DNA of 32,000 nucleotides from Wallemia ichthyophaga EXF-994 (taxonomy: Eukaryota; Fungi; Basidiomycota): NCBI RefSeq assembly GCF_000400465.1, contig NW_008806280.1, forward strand, positions 270,001-302,000, given 5' to 3'. A program made the translations under genes and the position numbers. Positions 10,942 to 21,947 of this stretch are shown one piece after another. Under the pieces are notes generated by a model, which made no database searches, was not told the origin of the DNA, and saw nothing but the letters and a program-made list of their open reading frames with translations. How positions within the stretch are numbered: position 1 is the first letter of the stretch; the number at the start of each line of letters is the position of its first letter.

Positions 10942-11994
10942 CTAAAGGTGTCTCCCAGTTGGGAAAAACACAGGCACCTTTTCCTTGTACTCTTTCCAAG
11001 CATTCAAGGTGTTTTCATCAGCTTTCGCGAACTTTTCATCACTGATTTTCTCCTGCATTGAGACACCGCTAACGTATCGAATGAGAAGATATTCGAATAG
11101 GGGACTAGCGAAAGCGACAGCGCCGAAATAAGCTGGATAGACGGAAGGTACGCTAGCCAGAGTTCTCATAGTGAGAAGCGAGACGCCAATCCAAGTTGAT
11201 ACTTCTGCAGCATAATTTGGGTGTCTTGAGTAAGCCCACAAACCACTTTTGATGAAAGGTTCCTTATGTTTTCCGTCGGTCTTCTCATTCCTCCAGCGCG
11301 TTTTCTGCGCATCTGCAACATGCTCCATGTAGAGAGAAGACAACATCACAGCTACGCCTGCCATCTCTACCACACCCATGGCTGGGATAGCTACGTGTGC
11401 AGGAATAGCATTAATGGCATACACAGGCCATGCTGCTGCTATATTCCACATAGCTTGCCCAGCGAATGCAACTGCAAATTTACCTGGATATGGAGTGATA
11501 TTCTCGAACCTCGAGTCTGTTCCCGATTGGAATGAACGCTTGCAGAGGAATATACCCAGTCTGGCTGACCAGAAGGCTACAAATGTGGTAGCGATCAGCG
11601 ATTGCGCTGAGAGGTGGAGTGGGTTGGGCAGTGCAACGGGTGGCAGGCCGAGCAATTTGGCTCTGATAGCTGGATAGCAGAGGGAGACGCCCAATGAACT
11701 AAGGAATCCTACAACTACGTCAGATGATTGCTACCGAACGCATGTGGGGTATTACCAATTGATCTAAGTAAAATGAGTGAGGCACTTGTGGAGAATCATG
11801 CACTAAACTCACCCTACTAAATCACTTCACGGCCTCGACGTTAGCATTGCCTGGGTTGCCACTCAAGTCACTCACTACAGCCTGTCCTCCTTTTTCGGAA
11901 TGCAGTAGCTTGCCGCTAGTGCATTCACCGCTACCGCCGTGGCGCTCACAGCCTTCAAGCTCGTCGCAGGTAATATTTTCGACAACAAAACCAT
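10942..11994 (-). CDS. DUF1295 / steroid 5-alpha-reductase-like membrane protein; 4 exons (11994-11876, 11824-11813, 11763-11756, 11708-10942)
   Basis: Splicing three 47-51 nt introns gives EDRLYDLVGSIGF. Downstream motifs WSARLGIFL.KR, DSRF, ADAQK and FIKSGLWAYSRHPNY.E are typical of DUF1295. Confidence 0.85.
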
Positions 11995-12056
11995 GATGTG
12001 TGTGATGTGAGATGATACGAAATTAATCTATATTTATGTCATTACATTACGTCACA

Positions 12057-14156
12057 TCACAGATCCTTGTTGACGCGCTTTTCTTCTAAATATTTTAGGT
12101 AGCGCTGCACATCTGTCCCTGTACCTCTTTTGTCCGGATCTACCGGCGCGAATTTGAGCGATGAGTGTGGTGTAAATTTCGCGAGTTTGAAAGGATGTGC
12201 TTCCGTTGAGAGTACATAATCATCGAGTGAGATTTCCTTTGGATCTGAGAATATCAGGTAGTAGTATTTCAGTGTCTCGGCTAGTACGAATGACTCCATA
12301 TTATCCACTTTGTGTACGCGATCTGAGTCCACATCTTCGATGGCAGAAAACCCATACTTGGAATATGTGTGTCTCGTCCACGACGTAAACAACCTCCAGG
12401 CTCTCTCTCTCCATATGTCCTCCCCTGTCAATCTGTACATGACAAAAATGCTCTCAATGATCTCGGGCCTGCCAAGGTGTACGCTCGACATAGATATGTA
12501 TCTGTAGGGTCGAGGCCACGTAGGTGGGATTGTTCTAACTACTTTCGTCACCTCTCTCTCACTCAGATCAAATATTGCTGATTCTGGTGCAAGTCCTGTT
12601 ATCGTACTGTTGGCCATTTCGAAGCAGCTTTTTGTTAGTTTGCTTGCCAGACTCATGTCTTGCGGTCTGTTTAGTATTTTAGATCCCAATGCAACCATTC
12701 CGCCAGAGAAGCATGACAGGTGCTCCCATTTAGGCAAAATCTCATCATCATCGTCGTGTTTTCCGATAGAGAGCGAGGTCAGCTCACCTGATATTGTTAA
12801 ATCTGCGAACCTTTCTATGTTTGACGGTATCTCGATTATCAACTTATCATTTATCGAGTCTAAAGCTTTGATGTATTGTTTTCCGTACCGAGACAACTGT
12901 GCATTGATCAACCTATACATCTTTATGAGGTATTCATAGTAGCTGTCACTCAAACCACCCAACGTGAACACGCCAGATCTTGGTGTCTGCGTTATCTCCT
13001 CATCCAATCTGACGTGTGTTGGCAATAATCCTGAAATCGTTGACCTCAAACTGAATAGTACATCTTGCGCTTTATTTGCAACATTCAAATACTTGTGATT
13101 ACCTGTTATCATTGATAATTTTGCAAATTCGAGTATCATACTGCCAGATTCCGCTAAGATAGTGTAGTCTTCTTCACGAGATGGTTGGTTGGGATTTAGT
13201 ACGCTCAACGGCATAGCAGAGGTTGTGTTGTATGCAATAACTAGGATATCCGCCAGCTCTATTGCGCGTGAAAGCATCAATCCATCACCACTTAAATCAT
13301 AAGCGGACACTAAGCCACCAAGGTACCTAATATTAGTTTCAAATGTATGCAGTTCACCTATTGGGTTGTGCGAGTAGTTGAAATCGATCTGATTAACATC
13401 TAGAGTCTCTCGTTAGACTGTTGACAAAGACTATAAACATTAAAATGAACACTCACGCTGTCTAGCCTCCTCATACTCATCTAGCAGACCCATTATAAGT
13501 AGCGTGTCCAAATTATCCACAATGGTAGCTCCCCATCCGTTAAAAGGTGACTTCCTGAATTTACTCGAATGGCTAGTGAAAGGTCTGCCTGATATTGGGT
13601 GTATCTCATCGAAGCCGTACGCATTGGCTTTATAACCATTCCAAGCATGTAAGAAGGCATTTTTTACCACGTTTTGTCGATAAATTGTTTCATCATTGTT
13701 GGTATCACGACTAAATTTAGTCTGTACTTTTGGTATCGTCATATAGAATAAAGAGCTCAAGTCGGCAGTTGCTTTTGCGTTATCGTAGAATACATCAGCT
13801 ACCACGCCGAATGGCTTTGAGGGTGCTGGTTTCCAGTCTTTCGGCGTAGGATACTGCTTGGATGGATTTAGCGCCTTAATATTTGTGTTTGGTGGTGTTT
13901 CGAGTTGAGTAATAGCAGTTGGAGGATTTCTTGCTCTGAATATCATCCACCTCGGATCAAGTTCCTCTATTGAGAGCTTGTCATAAGAAATGCGTTGATC
14001 AACGGGAATAGTAGCCGTCCTCTTACTCCGCTTGAAGGTGACAAAATAGCCAAAGAACACGGCTAGTATAAGAATTGCAGCCAGAAACTGCAACACCCTC
14101 ATTCGCGCTTTGCTTCTAGTCATTTTAGTCACCCTTGTCATCCTCGTCATACCCAT
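12057..14156 (-). CDS. Glycoside hydrolase family 47 class I alpha-1,2-mannosidase (type II membrane protein), 2 exons
   Basis: N-terminal anchor helix, then AFLHAWNGYKANAYGFDEIHPIS, FNGWGATIVDNLDTLLIMGL, (after a 57-nt intron) FETNIRYLGGLVSAY, DSYYEYLIK, HLSCFSGG, RPEIIES, MESFVLAETLKY and STEAHP. The exact start Met is uncertain. Confidence 0.92.
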
Positions 14157-14228
14157 GATGACGTTTGTCTGGAAAGAAGAATAAAATAAGATTATTTACA
14201 CTTTACATTTGGTAACCGAGTTGCACGT

Positions 14229-15645
14229 TTAATTCTCACGCTTAATTTTGTACGCGTCCTCTGAAGTTGGTAATGTGCTTGAAACCTCTTTGATCAACTT
14301 TGCGTAGATTTCGTCAGAATCGACGTGATTAAAGTGCTGTAGTGGGCCTGTTAGCTGAAAGTACCTATCACATACCTATCACACTCACCTTCAACTCATG
14401 CTTCTTGTTTTCAGCCGCTTCATCCTTACGCTTAGCACGTTGATCATTTTCAATCGCTGATTTAGCCTTGCCAGCTTTATCGTAGTTGCCACTACGTATG
14501 CCATCTGCAACGTCTTTCCACACTAATCTAGATTCAGGAATTTGTTGCTCTTCAAGTGGCTTAACAGTAACTTCTTCCTTTGGAATTTGAGCATCAATGT
14601 TCAAATCACCCTTTGTGTCTTTGGTAGTGCCAGTCCATTGACCTTCAAGGTTTGCAATTGATGTTGAGTCCTTTGTGAGGGAGGCTTTGTAAGAATGGGC
14701 TTTACCAGATAGCCAGCCTTTACCCTTATAATCTATGGTTACACAAGTACCATTAGATCCAACGATATAACTGAGTTCTGTTAGTTCAATGTAAGGCTTC
14801 CCGTATAAGATACCATCAATTTTCAGTCTTGGTAATGTGATCAAGTAATCTTCGACTGAGCCATCTTCAAGCTTAACAGACAAGACTGAGTGACCAACTT
14901 GCTTAACTATGATTGAAGGTGCGCTGAATGATGTCTTTTGGCCTGAGTGTCCTTCTAATGAGACCCCTGCTTTTTCATTGTTAATGTAGAAAGCAGTAAT
15001 TGGAGGATGGTCTTTGGTGGTAGTGTTAGAATCCGTTGAATGTTCTTATAAAACTCACGCGAAACTTGCTCAACAGTCAAATCAGTCTTGCCCCGTCCAT
15101 TGGTATCTGGCCAAGAACCGTAAAAGGTCTCACCAAGAATTGGGTTTAGAGGTTTCTTCTCGGAGCCCATTTTCTCGTTCCTGGTAGCGTATTGACATTT
15201 GAGTGTGAGGATAAACCAGCGTAACACAAGTTTAGCACGCTCTTCAGGGGTTTTACCTGAGGAAATAGCGGCAAATTCACTGTAAGGTTAGTATTAGGGC
15301 GTGCATATACGCGACAATAGCTCAAATTACTCAGGATGCTCACACCAGTATGCTAATTAGTGCTACGTCAGTGATTGTGGAGATACCGAGGTGAGGAAAC
15401 ACACCAGGGAACTCAGTGAGTGATGTAGGCGAGAGAATGAAACTAATTACGCGTTAGAAAGGTATAAGCCACCAAATAAGGCTCACGATGGGGCAGTTAG
15501 GCTAGAGAGGTCACCTGACCAGGATGCTAATCCCTTTACGAAGCTGGACCAGCTGGATTGCTGTGAGCCACGTGAGATAGGAATAATATAAATCATGAGC
15601 AATTCCCACTTGATGCGCAGGTACTTGAGATTCCGCCGAAGACAT
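14229..15645 (-). CDS. KES1: Oxysterol-binding protein homologue, KES1/OSH4 type; 7 exons
   Basis: Spliced translation MSSAESQVPAHQQSSWSSFVKGLASWSGDLSSLTAPSFILSPTSLTEFPAYWCEHP, then EKKPLNPILGETF, EQVSHHPPITAF, SRLVWKDVA and KSAIENDQRAKRK, ending TSEDAYKIKREN*. Confidence 0.92.
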
Positions 15646-15730
15646 AGTGATCGTTGTAAATGTAAACGCCCCAAAGATCCCAGGCTGATCAACGCAATCA
15701 TCATCAAACTATTGAAAATATAAAGTTAAA

Positions 15731-17751
15731 ATGAATAGACCAATGACACTATCAGAGAATGATTTTGATAGTGAATTACCCCCTCTGGGTTCTACGCGCT
15801 GTTATTGGGTCCTGTTGGATCGCAGCTTCAACTTTGTATATCTCGATCCTGTGCTGTCTTCGCATGTCAGTGGCTTATAATATGTGTAGGCCCATCTCAC
15901 TCTAACCCGCAGATGAAATCGCAATCAAATTCCCTCATCGGAACCAGTTTCTATGACTATTTACATCCAGCTGAATCAAACGAAGCAAAGCAAGATATTC
16001 AGTCAATAGTTCAGTCCGAGAATATCCACGGCTCTATTATTAGAGTTAGATTTGTGCGCCTTCCTTTCATACGCGTTCATTTGGGCAGTAAAAGTCCGGT
16101 TCCATACCACGTTTCTCAAATGTGCGCAGACAAATCTGATAGCACTTATATCCCCTTAGACTTGGTCATTAGCTCGATCCACGATGGTCTTTACCTCTGC
16201 TTCTTTCACGCCGTTTTAGATAAGAATCCTCATTTCAACAACAACGCCGACTCTATTTGGACTAACTGGTGTCATACGCCTATATTCACTGAAAGGCACA
16301 CTCAAATTCTCGAGCAATCCCTTCTCAATTGGTCCCGATATCAGCCACCTACGCCTCAAAAGTTTACTATTCCGACGCGTATCTTCCAACTAATCCGACA
16401 ATCTTCAAACGAGAATACCAATATCGGCCTCAATCACGTCATCTACTCGTGGCCACCATCAGACGGCAGCACCGGTGAGGGTCCTTACAATCCTTCGTCA
16501 TTCGCATCACTTATGAGCGAGATATCAATCAATCAAAGCGCAGCTAGTCAGTTGACTGGTGCTGCCACAAGCTGTTCGCGGAGATTCAAAGCTAGACATC
16601 AAGCAAAGTGCAACGAAAATTACTACACTGTAGAGTCAATGTTTATTCCGTACGGTGCTATCATTTTTGCATGTTTCAAGATCGAGTTCGAATACCCAGT
16701 CGCAGCTACAAAAAGAACAGCAATATCACCGAGTGAAAATTCTCATCAAACTACCACATTGTTCGATAGTACTTCATACGATCAATCTTTATACCTGCAT
16801 CCCCAGCCATTCTATCAACAAGCAGCCGCACCTGGGCCTCAATTCAGTTTGGTAAACGATTGGACTGGTTATTCTGCATCACCATCCACATCTGAAGCTC
16901 CAATCAAAGATGAAATCGCTCAACAACAATTGCCATCACCGGTTGCACCAATTAAAGATGAGTTCAGCCAATCACATCAGCTACCTCCACCGCCACCTCC
17001 ACCAGCAGCAATCCCGGTAAAAGCACCGCTCAATCTTCCGGAAGCAAACACATCTGGTAGCAGCAACATCAGCAACAAGAGTAACAATAACTACAACCAC
17101 AACTACAACCAAGTCAAGCCAAATACGGACAAAGTAGGTTGCACGAGTTGCGGGAAGGAGAAAAGTCCAGAGTGGCGCAGAGGTCCATCAGGAAAGAAAG
17201 ACCTCTGCAATGCTTGTGGTTTGAGATATGCTCGTGCAATAAGTAAATCAGAGACTAGTGGTGCTACTCTCAGTGGTAGGCGTAAAAAAAGTGATAGCAA
17301 AAATAACACAAAGAAAAATAAAAAAGCTTCACTGTCGCCAAATCCTTCAAGTAGCAATCTTACGGGAAATGCCCCACTTAACTTAACTAAATCAACACAC
17401 TCATCTCCAAATCTCAATGTAGATGCACCTACACTTGAAAAGCCAATGTTCTTAGCACCAAAAGATAATGATATACCATTCAACTTTAATGGATTCATTC
17501 CAAAATCACCCCAACAATCTTCAAATCTTGATTCATACGATAGTAGTCATTCATATCCAAAGCTTTACAACCAAGAAATAAATGATCAGTACCAGATGTC
17601 CCCCCAATTACCACTTCAATTACCCCCTCAGCAGCGGAATCTTGCATACATTAACCCAACACTATATAGCAATGATAATAGCAACGCAAATCAATTTCAA
17701 TTCAATAACGCCTCAACTAATGCTAATCAGACACCTTCTTTTTTACCGTGA
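15731..17751 (+). CDS. PAS-domain GATA-type zinc-finger transcription factor; 2 exons (15731-15865, 15913-17751)
   Basis: C-x2-C-x18-C-x2-C finger [32 protein letters not shown] followed by a basic tail. The N-terminal region is PAS-like ([38 protein letters not shown]). A 47-nt intron GTCAGT..CTAAC..CAG replaces the track's false N-terminus. Confidence 0.88.
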
Positions 17752-17877
17752 AGTTTTTATTTGTAATTATAATTTTCACTCTTACTTGAAGCATAATCGA
17801 AAGATGCAAAAAACGATTTATTACAAAGTAGAACAGACATTATAGTATAATTATTTACCTGTATAAGATTAAAGGGA

Positions 17878-20733
17878 TTATTTTGCTTCACCAATACCAC
17901 CACTGCCTTCTTCATCCGAATTATCATCCTTTCTATAGTGTTTTGGTTGATGATTCTTATTTTGTTCGCCAAACACCTCAACAACAGCACTGAATGATCT
18001 AGTCCGTGCTCGCTTTGAAGTGTCAAGTGTATCTTCTGAATGCACACTATACATTTCATTATTCTGTGATGACTGTAATGTGTCGTTATTGGTGATGAAA
18101 GAGCTGTTTGGTAGAGATGGAGGAACAATTGGCGTGGTGGCTCTAACGTCTTGATTTAGGGATTGACGAGGTGTCTTTTCTTCGTAATGATTGTCATCGC
18201 TTTCACTCTCACTATCATCATCCACAACTCTTTGAAGGTAGTTGCCGTGAGTTTCGTCGCTGCTGTTGCTGTCCTCAAAGGCTGTAGTAGGTCTCCAGGC
18301 AGACATGATGTAATCATCATCCTGCTCACGCATTGGTGATATAGCCGTGTTAAACGACATACTATAATCGCTTGATCCTCCTTTGAAGCTCTTCCTTCTA
18401 TTTCTTCTAGGCGCCTCAATGTCTGACTGTCTATCTAGTATTCCTTGTCTTGATGTAGTGCGTGAAACTGCACTGTTAGTGCCTTCCTGAGGGTTCTTGC
18501 CTTTGCTGCCGATTGAGGATATCGCACCCATTAATCCAGACTCATTTGTAGGCGCGTCTTCTATGAATGGCAAACCAGCAAATAGTCTCAGCAGGCCCTC
18601 TAGGATCTTTGTCAAGACTATGATCAAAGCGACAGCGAAAACTATGCCTTGTATCACGAATATGACGTAAGTCACCCATCCCGCTGCAACGTAGTTGATG
18701 TTCACCTAGGCTATGGTTAGTATGAATAAAAAATACGACAACAAACTACCCACAGCTGGACACAGAACAATAAGCAAAGCACTCGTAATCACTCTGGCAA
18801 CTGAATTGAGGAAAGTGAGCAGTCCCATCTGGGCGCCGTAGCCCCAGGGTGACCATATGGTTATCATCAGCAAGCCAGCCAGTTCAACTAAAAGTAAAAC
18901 TACAGATTGAGCAGTACCTGAGACTTGAACAGCGCCGATAATGATACCCTCAATGAGATTCTGCATAAAAAAGAAACCCCAGAATAAATGACTACCAGGT
19001 CTAAAGACATTGTAAAGCGGACCTAGAGCGAGAATTGTTCTTGTTGCATCGTATAGTTTTACTGTTGGAGTCCTGCTCACTCTAATAAGGATATAAATTG
19101 GGAAAGCCAAACCGATGAAGACGAGAGAAAGAACAGCAAATGCAATACTGACTTTGGTAGCGCCATCGTTGCTTAATGACAGCTGGTATACCGACAAGAT
19201 GGTGATAGGGAAGTGGAAGAGTAGAAGCAACCTGAGTAAATTGCCTTGTAACAATTTCCAGTGAAACCCACCACTTGCACCACCCAACCTCATCTCCCAA
19301 ATAGCACGACGGAAACCAGAGCGGGCATTGTTGTGATTGTTGGAAGTAGTTGTTTGGAATCTTTTGAAAGCGGATGAGTCGTTAGTTTGCGGGAGTGTCA
19401 GTTCCTGAACAGACTTTTGTCTGTCGTCTACACTGCCATCGGAACCATTGTTAGATATAGAAAGTCTCTTGACCAGACTGCGATCTTCACGACCTTTATT
19501 TGCGTGTCTTCTCCATATAATGATACCCAGGGAATCCAAAGTCCATAACAAGAGACTTGCAGCAATCAATACAGCAGCAATTGCCAAAGCTAAAGCGATA
19601 CAGCAACCGTACAAGTCATCTTTATGTAGACCGATAACTTGAGATAAACTATCCAAACCTGCAGCATGGCTGACGTTTCCATCATCGAGTAGGTTGTTTG
19701 GACTATCTCTATTCAAATATAACGGAGAAGTGTTATTCTCGAATAGTAAGGTATCGAATGGAGACGGTATGGACAATGGTTGGGTTGATAGTGGATCGAC
19801 ATGATCTGAAGTTGTCAACGAGATGTTATATAACAGCGAAGACCACACAACTTGGTTAAAGAATGGGTAGGAGAAAGAGGGCCAATTTACAGCCACCATA
19901 CCCAAAGCAGCGCACCATTGAGTGTGCAGAATGATATTGCCGACTGAAGGAGTAACGAATCGCAGTAAACCAGGGGTATTGCTAAACATCTGACCGGAAA
20001 TGCCACCAACAAGACTAGTTTCAAGTCTCTGTCTGCTGGCCCAAGTTCTGACAAATTTTGTGGTCTTGGCTTTGCGATACGCAGCACCGATACTTGCAAT
20101 AGACTGTACGACAAGGAAAGAGATGCAAGTAGAGACGGTGATCCAAAAGATGAGCTTGTAGAACCAGCCATTGGGGTAGTAGGGGGTGAGAGGAACATCG
20201 ATACAAGCCATTTCGCGCGCGGGATCGGATGCATCAAGGAGGCGGAGAGTGTTTACGAGGGTAGTGAGAGCGTACGGGTGAGATGCAAAAGCTGCGGGTT
20301 CAGGGAGTGGAGTGTGTACACCGATAGCAACTTGACCTTGCGGAGCGGGACAAGCGGGGTGGTTTGAAGTAGAATTGGAGCCGAGGACGTGGTCGCAGAG
20401 GCTGACTGGGTTATCGTATAGCTCAAAAGAGAGAGCACGGGAGTGAACTAGTAAAGTAGCTAATCTGTCCGTTGAGCTATTCCGCTCGCTGAGAGTGTCT
20501 TGCATATCACCAATCAGCACAGTTCTAAGTATATTTTGGCCAATTTGAATATTATCCGTGGCAGATTCCGCTTTATCTAGCTGAGTGTACACGCTGGTTA
20601 TATTGATTCTGTTATCATCTGGAGCAGTTTGGTATCCAGACTGGCAACTCGAGAACGGCGCCAACTGAGGCTGCGCTAGAGTAAAAGTATACGTGGATAT
20701 TGATATTGATATTAGAATTCTTTTTAAATTCAT
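17878..20733 (-). CDS. TRP-like channel / flavin-carrier (FLC/PKD2) family membrane protein; 2 exons (20733-18754, 18705-17878)
   Basis: Signal peptide, then an ML-like luminal domain with paired Cys (CDHVLG..CPAPQG; MACIDVPLTPY). Multi-TM region contains HTQWCAALGMVAVNWPSF, LGPLYNVFRP and WSPW. Acidic cytosolic C-tail. One 48-nt intron at 18753-18706. Confidence 0.85.
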
Positions 20734-21035
20734 TTTTGGTATCTTTACATTTAATCTTGACCGTTAGAAATCAAGGTGCATTCCTCGTGAATGTCGAGAG
20801 ATGCGAGCGCAGTTTGAAAGATGCAGAGAGGTTATTTGGTTTTTGTGGGAGCTGATGATCAGGCGCTCTCAACGATGTTGCTCTTCTTCCTTGCAAATAT
20901 TGCCCTGTGTTTTGCACAGCGAACAGGCACAGCGAGCATGCTCTACTGCGACGTACCCAATAAAATTGTTTTGGTTGTTGAGAAAATATTCAAATCTCTC
21001 AGCGCGTGACAGTTGCTCCTTGGACACAAACGTCA

Positions 21036-21874
21036 ATGGCACAGCTGCTAGATCTCAACTCGATTAGATCAGTTCTGGTTAGATTGGAGGACACTATAAT
21101 ATTCAGCTTGATAGAGAGGGCGCAGTTCAGCTGCAATGCTCGCACTTATCAGCCATGCGCGTTTTCCAACGAGTTACCAGGCTGGCAGGGCAGCTGGCTT
21201 GATTGGATTCTTCTCGGTACCGAGGAGTTTCAAGGTGGGCGTTTTTTGTGTTAAATTCAGCTTTTCTGACAGTTCACAGCGAAAGCCAGACGCTACCAAA
21301 GCCCAGACGAATACCCATTCAGTAATCCATCCGACTTGCCTGATCCGGTACTTCCCCCGCTCGAATATGAGCCAGTGCTGCACGAGCCAGCGGTAACCAA
21401 CGTAAATGACAAAATAATGCAATTTTATACCCAAGAAATAGTACCGTCAATCACCAAACCGGGCGATGATCTTAACTACGGCTCAACCGCTACGAGGGAC
21501 GTGGAGACGCTGCAGGCTGTATCGAGGAGGGTACACTATGGAATGTTCGTATCTGAGAGCAAGTACAGAGCGGACGTGGATACGTTCAACACGGCGATCA
21601 AGGCGAATGATGTTAAGACACTGGAATCACTCATCACAAAACCCCAAGTTGAAGCAGCTCTGCTTAAACGGTTGGAAAGGAAGGCGAGGCATTACGGACA
21701 AGACGAGAGCCAAGGAGGGAGCATGCATGATATGAAGGTAGATCCGGAAGTGGTCGTGAGAATGTACAAAGACCATGTCATTCCACTAACCAAGGTAGTC
21801 GAAGTGAGTAGAGACCTCTTTAACGTTCAATCTGACGCGTTTTACAGGTCGAGTATCTTCTGAAGCGCATTTGA
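21036..21874 (+). CDS. ARO7: Chorismate mutase (AroQ-beta, fungal allosteric type); 3 exons (21036-21234, 21280-21803, 21848-21874)
   Basis: LDLNSIRSVLVRLEDTIIFSLIERAQF, ARRYQSPDEYPF, NYGSTATRD...LQAVSRRVHYGMFVSESKY, ITKPQVE...RLERKA and VIPLTKVVEVEYLLKRI* match Aro7. Confidence 0.94.
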
Positions 21875-21947
21875 AGACGATTTGATTGTAAATGAAATTT
21901 ATACTTAATTCGGTATTCTTGACTTGACAACTTGACCTAAGTCAGTC

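Noticed and set aside
14169-14239. Possible intron GTGAGA...TTCTTTCCAG giving KES1 an alternative tail HKRHHGYDEDDKGD that overlaps the GH47 start
   Set aside because: The unspliced ending (EDAYKIKREN*) already resembles the usual Kes1 C-terminus. The splice is not in frame with GH47, and T-rich tracts are expected in terminators.
15731-17751. Naming the PAS-GATA protein White collar-2
   Set aside because: The domain order is similar, but orthology cannot be established by eye. No gene symbol was given.
20852-20862. C-box-like TGATGA suggesting a C/D snoRNA in the FLC-ARO7 gap
   Set aside because: No suitably placed CTGA D box or terminal stem was found.
20905-20956. Antisense intron-like stretch GTACGT...CACAG (52 nt) and a Cys-rich antisense ORF (CACSLCK..C)
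   Set aside because: No ATG opens the frame and there is no usable branch A. It shares the GTAC palindrome with the plus-strand candidate donor. At most it is a 5' UTR intron of the FLC-like gene, which cannot be supported without RNA data.
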